This document shows positions 12,301-22,499 of a stretch of DNA of 64,000 bases, in pieces. The DNA is from Dicyema japonicum (taxonomy: Eukaryota; Animalia; Dicyemida): the NCBI GenBank assembly GCA_011109175.1, contig RDEW01000037.1, forward strand, positions 40,635 through 104,634, written 5' to 3'. A program made the position numbers and the translations under genes. Position 1 is the stretch's first letter. Each line of letters opens with the position of its first letter. The notes below the pieces were generated by a model. That model was not told the DNA's origin. It saw only the letters and a list, made by a program, of their open reading frames with translations, and made no database searches.

Positions 12301-13395
12301 AGGAGGAAGTGGATGAAACTACCAGTGATTTGCTAACTCGTGTTGCACATGCTTTGTCAAGTCCTATGACATAACGGTAAGTGCTAATAATAATAAAAGA
12401 CCAGGCCTTCTGGCTGAACGTAACATCTGAAGGTAGTGGGGTCGAATCTGAAAAATGAAGTTTTCAACGAAGGTCAATTCTTGTAAACAGATTACACCCA
12501 TGAGGCAACAAGTCCTCCTGGCACGACAAAGTAGTTGAAAGGGATCCTACTACCATCTCCCAACCAAATTCTCCGGACAAGATAATGAAATACTTCAGCA
12601 ACATTTTTATATGGCATATAAAACATGTGTGTTCCTCGCTCTTTTCCCATTAACCCAAAGTAAGTTGTTTTCATGGAGAACCAGTGACATCCTCCAACAA
12701 GGATTCACACTTTATCATAATTTATTTCTGATGGACTCAAAAATCCCAAGTAAACATAAAGAATGTTGCTTTTAAAGTTTATCCAGACAGTTGTTCGACA
12801 AGATCTGTTCGACCGATTAATCAGTTGGTTGGAGTTAATCGATTGACTGAATGTACTGAAAGTCACTCAGTACGTTATTAAATTGACGAATTCTACATCT
12901 TCCTTGACAAGAAATAAATTATTGTGCCCAACCAATGAGAAGTCGTAAGGATAAGCCAAGCAAGTCATTTTTCTTTGGCTTAACCCCACCGAATCCAGTT
13001 GAGTTATCGCTGTGAACGTCCTTTTCAGGCTATTACTTTCCTTTTAGTGGCTGGACATAACTCAAATCTTTAATTATCAATAAACTAAGACAATACTTTG
13101 CCGCAATGAAGCATTGTAACTTGTGTCCTGATTAAACAGAATTGAGTTTAATGACTGTGGTTAATGAAACTAATTTTAATTAACCTTTTTCAACAAAAAA
13201 GTTTATTACTGAATAAAACATATATTTGAACACTTAAAACTCATGTTAACTCAACACAATCAGGATAAACTTTACTGAAGTATCGTAACTTATTTCTCTC
13301 ATTTGAGTGATTCCTAAGGTGTAACGTGAATGATCACACAGAATTCCCAAATTTGTATATCAGAAAAGTTAAATATAAAAAATATATCCTTAATA

Positions 13396-14421
13396 TTAAG
13401 AAAAATTATTAAAACATTTATCAGACCCAAGAAAACGGAGGACACGTGCAACAACTTGTGTTGGTAAAAGACTAATAGTGATAAAAAGCATACTAAAACA
13501 AAGGAATTATCAATTTGAAAATATTTGGAATAATAATTTCACTTTTCTGAGTGATAATGCCATCATAAATAGTAATAGCAGTTTCTTCTACCTTCAATGG
13601 AGGTGGAAATGGTGGATGTCTATATATTATTATTATTGTCACTTTGCTGAGTCAAACATCCCCGTTCTAATCAAATAGGGACAAACTAATGTAAGGGAAA
13701 TGACATTCTCCAATTCTTGACAGACTAATTCTGCTTTAAGAGAGTTGTGTAGTCCGATAAGAGATGATTTGCTTGCAGAGTATGCAGATAAGTGACACAT
13801 CCCACTATACCCAAGCAGACTACCCATAGTGACCACGTGACCAGATCCACGATTTATCATAAAAGGTAGGAATTCCCCAATTATCTAAAATGCCAGAAAT
13901 GACCTACTAAGAAGTGTGCCATTACATTGACATCAAAAATATGTTTAACTAGACCAAAACACGTGTCATCAACATAATGAGGATATACTACAGCCGCGTT
14001 GTTTATTACAATATCAGGAACACCCAGAGTTTCTATAATCTTATATAAATCAATTACAAACATTTTTGCATGTAATTTCTAACTTGGTGTGGTCGGCCAA
14101 GTCCACGTGGTAAAGAAAGACGGAAGACTCATAATAATCAATTCCTTTGCAATCAGTGATTAGTTTTACGGTGTTTTGTAGTCCTTTAAAGTCAATATCC
14201 AACAGAATAAGAAGAGATCCATTTTTTGCAAATAACAAAGAAAGTTCTCGTCCTAAACCATTTGCTATGGATTTTATTTTTATATTACCAGCCCCTGTTA
14301 GTAGTACAAGTTTGTTTGTCACGTGCTTTCTCGTGAGAAAATAATCATTTGTGAGAAAATTGAAAATTGATGAAGCAACAAGCTTCAAGACATCACAAAT
14401 GAGGGAGATTACCTCAAACAT
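13396..14421 (-). CDS. Short-chain dehydrogenase/reductase, SDR16C (RDH10/DHRS3/SDR16C5-like), 6 exons
   Basis: Spliced product has TGAANGLGRE, DIVINNAA, GHVVTMGS, YSASK, VCPY. Introns 14265-14288 (24), 14040-14061 (22), 13885-13907 (23), 13620-13642 (23), 13472-13493 (22), all GT-AG, give one frame ending ...LGSDKCFNNFS*. Confidence 0.92.
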
Positions 14422-14490
14422 ATAATAATATTTAATTTTAAATAATTTTAAAATATTAAAAAATTATATCTCCAAGTAAATTAACAAATT
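14422..14490. promoter_or_regulatory. Putative bidirectional promoter, 69 bp between divergent ATGs
   Basis: Very AT-rich spacer between the SDR ATG (14421, -) and the TMEM67 ATG (14491, +); function inferred from position only. Confidence 0.5.
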
Positions 14491-16068
14491 ATGATTTCGT
14501 TTAACATTCCAGACAGGTATAAATGATATTCAAATAAAAGTAACTTTACGAATGACCTCGACGCTATTTTTTACTGTGTGATAATTCTGAGTGTTTTTGC
14601 GGGGACTTTTTCAAACTGGAAATATCAGAAACGCTGTGGCAAAAGTGTTTTCGACACTACTACTATAATAAGATGGATTATATACGTGTCTAGTGCCCTT
14701 GGAAATTTTATGTTTTTAATGTTACTATCATTGTTAATACATGTGCTAACAAACAAGGTAGTTACTGTGCCTATATTAGTACGATCCCTCATATTTAGAG
14801 GATAATATCAAAACCATCCTCTATATTTCATTTGGAGGGAATGTTATCGCAATGTTGAACATTTTATATGAACAGACTGAAGTAAGGAACATTCTTCATC
14901 GATTGGGAGAAACCCTACAAAAATCTACCCGTTTCTGTTTGGAGAAAGAACTTTCTGGTAAACGAATGGAACGAACTTATTAGTAAAAGGAGGACAAGTC
15001 TAATTGTGAGAATTATGGGAGTAATTATATTTATTATATTCTAGACATTAATAATATTCCAATATATCTGCTTTACTCCTAATACTGTCAACTTCAAGAC
15101 AAACTACAATATGACTCTGAGTTGTGTCAACATGGTTGAAAAGAATCCCAGTTTCATTATGGGAATTACCATTCTGGCTTTTATTTTCATTCTCATTGGT
15201 TGGTTCTGCTTTTATCCCAGGAATGGTTCAGTTAATCCTTAACTTTTTCATTATTGAGCGATTCTTCACTCACCCAATTCTTTCGTATATCGATCTTTGT
15301 TCTGTCTCAAACATTAGTGTCCTTATTATGAAAAACAGTTTATACGGATATTACATTCACGGAAAATCTATTCACGGAAGCTCTGATACGAATATGCAAG
15401 GGCTTGCTCAACAGTTTGAGAACGAACAGGTCCCTTTGTTGATTTACTTTCAGAAAGATCTTGTCTCACAAAGGGGACTTGTGGGTAGTAGTGATCTCCA
15501 AACATTTGAAGTCATTCTAAATGAAAAGGCATACCAGCAAATCATCACAGTTTATGAGAAACAGGTGGAGGACATGTTATTATAGAATCTATCAAACTCT
15601 ACTGACAGGTCCAGAGTTTATGAAATAGGAGATGAACTTAATTATTTGTTAACTCAGTTTTTCAGTCATGTTTTGATTTTGAGATATTAATTAGAGTTTG
15701 CGGGGGGCTGACTTTATAATACAAAATAAGACTTTGCCAGAAATTTTGTTAAACTATGAAGTAACTGAGAATTTAAACATTTCCACGTTATATCAAGGTT
15801 AGTTTAGGTTTTTGAATCATAGATCCTCGACAAACGTTTACAAAGTCAATTCTTTATGGAAAGTCCATTCAAATTTTAGTCTTTGAAACAATAACAATTT
15901 CGTTTTTGGTGTATCTTGGGACTGGTTTCGAGTTTTCTTTGATTTGTACGTACATAATTTCCCAAGTCTCTGTTTTTTGTAGTTTAGGTGTTTGTCAAAG
16001 TCTTTGGGGCCATCAGCAGCCAAAATCTTGTCAGAAAAACCTTCGTGGACAAACGATTTTTGATTTAA
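14491..16068 (+). CDS. TMEM67: Meckelin (TMEM67), TM and cytoplasmic half only, one frameshift near 14885 (possibly pseudogene or assembly error)
   Basis: FFIDWEKP, VSVWRKNFLVNEWNEL, IDLCSVSNISV, GYYIHGKSIHG, SQRGL, QTFEV, C-terminal NLVRKTFVDKRFLI*. Introns 14517-14540, 14758-14779 (or 14779-14800), 15021-15044, 15199-15220, 15430-15453, 15565-15585, 15670-15694, 15798-15822, 15966-15987. Confidence 0.9.
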
Positions 16069-16189
16069 TTTATTTAAATTTGATTTTATGGTGGCTTTAG
16101 TCTATACAATTATAAAATTTGTTTAGATAGCCTTTTAAAAAATATAATTTAATATTAATATGTAGAGAGTTAGTAAGAGTCCTAGAGGA

Positions 16190-16640
16190 CACAAAGGATA
16201 TAAGTATCTGGGTGTTACCAAAACTCAAAGTCCCTTATAAAACCAGAGATAAACAACAAATCACTGAAGGCATTCGTTGAAGACCAACGTTATTATGTAA
16301 GACATCTCTAAATGCAAGGAATTTGTTCCTGACATTAAATGAGTATGCTGTCTCGCTGTTAAACTACTACATAGGTGTTGTGGAGTTTGAGCCCAAAGAG
16401 TATGATGAGATGGATGTTATGATCCGTGGAGTACTCAGAAATAACCATGTCCATGTGCTGGCATCCAATAAGGAGAGACTATATTTTAAATTCGTCCATG
16501 GACTGAGTTGAGTAGTCCAACTATGCACGATACATTGATAGGTAGGTCAAGTGTGTCTTATAGGAAGAACGCCATAATAATGACCGAGAAAACATGAAAA
16601 ACTCACTTTTTTGTCTACTAAGTATGGTGTTGATGATGGT
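16190..16640 (+). mobile_element. R4/NeSL-like RLE retrotransposon, post-RT fragment
   Basis: YKYLG ... LNARNLFLTLNEYAVSLLNYYIG ... NKERLY. Confidence 0.75.
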
Positions 16641-16699
16641 GGGCTAGTAAATGTAAAGGCGTTGATCTAATTACTAATTATTATTAAAAAGCACTTTCA

Positions 16700-16915
16700 C
16701 ATAACCAAAGATCGTTATATTAACTAAGGTCCCGTTAGTGTCACACGTTTCACAATCTGCTTCACTAGGCGTCTCCATCGCCCTCTGCTTTGCGCATCTG
16801 TCTTTAGATCTTCTAGGTCTTTTGCAGATTTAAGATTTCATTTAATCTTATTAAGATCCTTGATTTCATTTAATCTTATTAAGATCCAGATCCACGGGTA
16901 GAGTGACTCTGGGTC
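16700..16915 (-). mobile_element. RTE 3' end with a short internal tandem duplication
   Basis: RVTLPV...SAKDLEDLKTDAQSRGRWRRLVKQI; ggatcttaataagattaaatgaaatc duplicated. Confidence 0.6.
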
Positions 16916-17029
16916 TTCTTCTGAATGATAATTTGTTCTCATTGTTAAAGTAATTGTCAGGAGTCTTCATCTTCTACTATGCAATAAATATGGTATTCGC
17001 CTAAGGTGCAATCTGTAATAGAGAACACC

Positions 17030-17500
17030 AGAGTATAAAATCAAGGTAGAGAGTGTGATCCGAACCTCGGTGCTTGTCAAGCACAATAAACTGGACATTG
17101 TGGTACACGATAAGGAGTCTGACCAAGTCCTCATCATAGAAGTTGGTATTACGTCTCAAGACTGTCTGCAGACCGTGGAGAAGGAGAAAAAAGGAAGTAT
17201 GACTTGCTTGCAAACGAGATGGGGCAGATGCTTGGTTGCAAAGTCCTTGTTGTTAAAATAGTAATGATGTGAGAAGGAATTGCAACAAAGTACCACAAGG
17301 GTTTTCTAGAATAGATAGTGGTAGATAGGAAGCTCCAAGCCTATCTACAGTCAGCTGTATTAAAGCAGACCCTAGAGAGCCTGACACTGGTGTGTATGAG
17401 GCAGAGCCTGGAGATACCATATGGGAAGAGGTTCAATCAGACAAGACGATCTCGCAGTTGTTTCAGCAACCAGAATCGATCCTGCCTGTCAACAAGCAGA
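17030..17500 (+). mobile_element. R4/NeSL-like RLE endonuclease fragment
   Basis: KHNKLDIVVHDK...LIIEVGITSQD.LQTVEKEK (PD-(D/E)xK-type) and later AYLQSAVLKQT. Confidence 0.75.
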
Positions 17501-18763
17501 CGATAAATGTTGTTGACTATTATATATTAACTTTTTTGTTGTTGGTTAAATAAAGTGAAAAATTTTATAAGTTTAAATTCTTAAGTTGATATTGCGGTTC
17601 AACTATCAGCTTCATGTGCTCCACCATCGTTGGTGGTGCCAGATATAATCCTAAATTATATCTAAAAATGACCATTAGTCAACAACCATAAAGATGAGTT
17701 CCCCATGGACGCCATCAGCTGAATTTTTTTCATTCTGGCTAATAGATTTAAATTTAATAAGTTGTGTTTTCGTCCTGATACCGTTAAATACTCGGATATT
17801 ATGTTGAGTTCTTATAACAGGGGTTTAGACAACAGAAACTTAACTTCTCCAAGAGAAGGATAGTTAGCCCAATCGGTCACTATGGAGACTCCTTCACGCA
17901 CTCGTTCAAATACTCAGAAATTAAAAAACGGCGCAAACAATAAGATATCCCATCGAGCAGTGATGGAAACAACAAAGTCCTGTATGTATCGCGAAAAGTC
18001 CACATGTTTGCAAATCTTCATAAAGGATGTAGAATGCATCGTCTTCGAAATGGATTCCAACACCTTCGATCAAGGAAGCATTGATCCACGCTTGATCTCC
18101 TAGCAACCGGACAGTTACTCCGGTTTTAATTTGAGTTCTTGAGTAATCCCACAAATTTAATTTCACACAGTAAAGATCTCTGTTTCGATCGTCTAACTTG
18201 ATGATGCTCTGTATTTTTAGTCTCTAATCGTTCTTAAGCGTGTCTGACTGCGTGTCTATTCGCTCTCACGATGGCGAGTGAGATTAGCTCAAATAACCAG
18301 CAAGCTCACAGGAATCTCCTGATTGTGTATAAATCCGACTACCTAGACGACTATATTAAAATATATAGTAAATTATCGTCAACATATAAATTAATTTCTC
18401 ATTGATTTAACAATTGATAAAAGTGCACGACCTGTTTTTTCATAAAATAAATTTATATTCCCACATTATTATAGAATTTGGGGAGACTAAGCGATTATTC
18501 GTAGTAAAACTTGGATATGATAATCAAAGTATTAAATCAATACCATACATCTGTCATAACACATTTTTAAGTTTAAAACAAAAATAGTAAAATTCGCTGT
18601 TAGAATTTATAATTTGTAATTTTACCATGGAGATGAGATATATTGTTGGTTGTTAAAATATTTATGTAATTTCAGTTTATGAAATATAAATAGTAAATTA
18701 CTTTGTTTCGTAATAAAATCATGTATAAAGTTGGTTACGATAATAATTATTTGCGGTTCATTT

Positions 18764-20159
18764 ATGTCCTTCCTATTTTACATTATAATTAACATAAATT
18801 CATTAAAATTCATTAATTTGCCAAATTTTTTAACAATCTCAGCAAGACACATGGAAATTAACTGTAAAACTGATGATAATTCGGCAAAGTTGAATTTAGT
18901 AGTTAAATGTAGAATTAAATGGAAAGTCAATGGAACAATCATCAGAAAACCAATCTTAAACTTCAACGAAGCCCCAGTTGGGGATTTTCAGTGCATTGCC
19001 TCTATCAAAAACGATGTGATATATTCCCCCACTATAAAAGTAATAAAGCCAAGTATTTTAATTAAATATTAAGAATCGGTGGAAAAGCCTGAAATTTTAT
19101 TCCGGCAAATTGCTGAAGGACTTATCTTTAAATATTCCCAACTACCTCACATTTACGGAGACCAAGTTGAGTGCACAAATAATGCAAAAATAATGGATGA
19201 TAGTAAATAATTATAATTTATTACAGAATATGCATATATTATTGGAGATACTAATGTAATTAAATGTTATCTTAAATCCCTTAACATTGTCACTGCCTGG
19301 TACACCGTTTACACTCTAATTGTATCGGGTATTGGAAATCAAATGATCTCTTAGGGAGAAAGATGATTTATCCCCCAAAAATGCCTTAATTAAGTCAACC
19401 AATGTAAATTCAGAGATTTGTGTGTCGACTAACTGGTTGAGGATGTATTAATGTATAGTAATGCGAATGAATATTTTTATAAGAAAAATGGAGTAATAGT
19501 TAACATTGGTGACATTATAAATGGAAGTATTAAAGACATTTATACTTGCATTGATTGTAATGGGGAAATACGGCATTTTAGAGTTTATTCTCCAGGTTTA
19601 ATCAATACTATTACACAGAACCTCTGAAAATACTAAGTGACTTTAATAAAACCGTAAGAATCAATAAATATCAACAAATTGTACAAGTAGAATGCGCACA
19701 TAGTGGAGAATCTGTTCAAATCAGATGGTATTTTGACAAAGAACGAAATGGTGGGATTTATAATAAGTTTAGAAATTATAAATTCTAGTCAAAAAACATT
19801 ACTAGTATTGAAATACAACGAAATATTTCCTATAGGCAGTAACCAAAGGCTGATATCATGTTTTGTGATGAACCGTGATTCTATGGATTATAAAGAGACA
19901 GTGTTTGAGAAAAGTAATGAATATTATTATTAATAGGCCAAGTTAAATACCACAGAGAAATATTAAACCTATCAAACACAATGAAATCATTAGACAACCT
20001 TCGTACTGCATTCATATCCCTGACACTGGTTTTGTCAATAATTATATTAATTCTTATCACTTTCAGTAATCATTATTATTTATTTTAGTTTACACAAAAA
20101 ATATAAAACATAAAAAATTTGTTAAAGAAGCTAATTTTTCCTCAATATTTAATGAATAA
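18764..20159 (+). CDS. Type I membrane protein with several Ig-like domains, one TM helix and a short basic tail; ~10 exons
   Basis: Hydrophobic N-terminus; INCKT...IKWKVNG...GDFQCIA; VECAH...IRWYF...ISCFV; TM AFISLTLVLSIIILILITF. Micro-introns at 18889-18912, 19053-19073, 19203-19226 and five more of 22-23 nt; the junction near 19329-19362 is ambiguous. Confidence 0.7.
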
Positions 20160-20229
20160 GTTTATTTTAATTATTAAAATTTTCTTTAATTTTCACTTAT
20201 ACAATAAGTACAAAACCAATTAGTAAAGT

Positions 20230-21243
20230 CAACAATGTTAAGAGTTAAAGTGATGTCGACGTTAGCATGGTACTATGCGAATGCTTGATTGAACATTTCT
20301 GGTTGTTTTTTCTGTTCCTCCTCTTTCATTTTTAATATAGTGGTGTCATGTGATCCCAGGTGGTACAATGGTTTGGTGTCGGCCTAAGTGGCTTAGATCA
20401 CGGGTTCAATTCTCGCTGCTGTTCACCTGGTGGAAGGTTCCACGCATCTACGATGCTAAAAAAACTTGACGAGTGACGCCGTCATCAGTGGAGATTCACT
20501 GCAGAACTGGATACTCTAAAGAGACATACACACAAGAAAAAGAAAACAAAAAATGAAGAGCATTCCTTGGTTCTCCCTCTACGATTAGTTATAATAACTG
20601 TTCTTTACTTAAAATAAAGTGTGTGTTTTGCCTATGGGGAGCGATAACTGATATGGCTCCTCGGAAAGTGCGAACATGTGATCCCAATGCAGGATGGCGC
20701 GCAAAATTATTATTTGCTCTTCCCCACCCATTGGAGAGGATTTTTTTCAGATACTCTTTTTGGCTGCCATTAAACTCTTTCAAGTCACTTGTTAGTGAAT
20801 CACTAATAATAATGCACATTCGCAAAATAAAAGTTATATCCTTCCCGTCGCTTGTTCAGCAAGTTAGTGACGTGTCTCGTAAAGTTCATGTGTGTATCGA
20901 AAGTCAGACCCAATATTTTTTGCCATTTGCTGAACGGCGATGCTCTTCCCTCCGCAGTTACTTCGATTGTCCTGTTCGACAATCTTTTGTCCGAGGTATA
21001 GAGAGTTGTAACATATTTTTTCGGTATTGATTGACATCCGATTTTCATTAAACCACTCGAGTAGTCGATCTATGTGGTGTTGTATTCTTTCCGTCGCTGT
21101 TTGGGTGTTCTAATCCGGTGAGGCTAAGACGATATCGTCTGCATAAGCCAGAAGCAGGTCGTCTTCTCTATTTGGCGTCGGAATGTCAGCTGTAAATAGG
21201 TTGAATAGGAATGATGATAGCGGCGAACCCTGGGGTACTCCAT
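20230..21243 (-). mobile_element. LINE RT 3' half, interrupted by SINE S1
   Basis: NGVPQGSPLSSFLFNLF, AYADDIV, KILGLTFD; reading continues on both sides of the S1 TSD. Confidence 0.8.
20359..20674 (+). mobile_element. tRNA-derived SINE family S1, copy 1, with 12-bp TSD
   Basis: A box tggtacaatgg, B box gggttcaattc; catgtgatccca at 20347-20358 and 20675-20686; homolog at 30091-30407. Confidence 0.85.
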
Positions 21244-21245
21244 TT

Positions 21246-22460
21246 GGGGTCCAACAAGGAGATCCGCTCGGACCTCTCTTATTTGCCCTGACAATTGATG
21301 ATGTTGTGAGATCAATTGATGCTCAGCTAAATCTCTGGTACCTTGACGATGCCACAATTGAAAGATCATTAAAAAAAACATACGCGTTACCCAGTTTAAA
21401 ACACATGGGATTGGACATCAATATTAACAAATCAGAGCTAATTAATATCTCAAACCCATACACCGTCTTTCTTTTTATCAAGAAGTCTTTTAACGAACTG
21501 CTTACTGGGATCCCGACTGTGTCAGTTGATAAATTATATTTCCTAGGATGCCCACTCAGCGAAGAACTCAAGAACCATCTACTTTCTAAAAATGAAGAAT
21601 TAACACGCCTTGCGAAAAGATTGTCATGTCTCGACTCTCATACATCCTTCTTCCTGATGGAAAACAACATCAGACTACCCAAGCTTTTATATCTACTCCG
21701 ATGTTCACCCTGCTACAAACAAAACGACAGTCTACTTTCGATAAACAAATCTCTCAAACAAACTGTAACGTCCGCTTCGACGAACTTGGTTGGAAGCAAT
21801 GTAAGCTTCCCTCTGGAATTGGGGGTGTCGGTCTAAGATCGGCACTGGAGGTTGCGTACCCGGCATATCTATCGTCTCTCTCAAGCTGCAGCCATTTGAC
21901 ACAGCAAGTCCTTCATAACACTATTGGACTTCGCTGGAATGAGTCATTTGACGAAGCTTGTCGGAAATGGAACGGGTCCGGACTCAAAATCCCCAAAGAC
22001 ACAACGAAGCAAAGTAATTGGGATGACATTGTCTGCTCCAAAATTTTGAAAGACCTTAAAAAAGAAGCAAATCAACATCGTCTGGCTTGTTTGGTGTCAG
22101 CTTCAAGTGGAGGGAATGGAGCATGACTTGGTGCAATACCTAGCCCAAACCTCGGGACCTTTTTGGAGGATAATTCTTTGAGGATTGGAATCGGACAAAG
22201 GCTAGGATTAGACGTTTGCCAGGAGCACCGACGCCGATGCGGGAAAACAGTCAATGCGAAGGATTGCACACGCTGTCCTGCAGAAGAAGCGCCGGAAGGG
22301 GACCACGTCATGTTGCTCTGAACGATGTGATCGTCAGAGCTCTGAAGGCTACAGGCTTCCCAGCATAGCTTGAACCAGTGGGTCTTGATCGAGAAGATGG
22401 AAAAAGACCTGACGGGATGACCCTTTTCCTTCACGTCTGGTAGATCTTTGGTCTGGGACG
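21246..22460 (+). mobile_element. CRE-like family 1, internal fragment (RT to RLE)
   Basis: [34 protein letters not shown]; high similarity to 42910-44160. Confidence 0.9.
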
Positions 22461-22499
22461 ATTTAAAAAATTAAAAAAAATTCAATTAATTCAAGTCTG

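Noticed and set aside
17921-18166. Small GTPase (KLNLWD resembles KLQIWD)
   Set aside because: No TAGQE, P-loop or NKxD motifs.
20359-20430. Intact tRNA gene
   Set aside because: A and B boxes are present, but there is no full cloverleaf or acceptor stem, and it continues into a SINE body with TSDs.
21183-21245. N-terminus of ORF 21183-21836 as part of the CRE protein
   Set aside because: These bases are the antisense of a different LINE's GVPQG region; the CRE homology starts at 21246.
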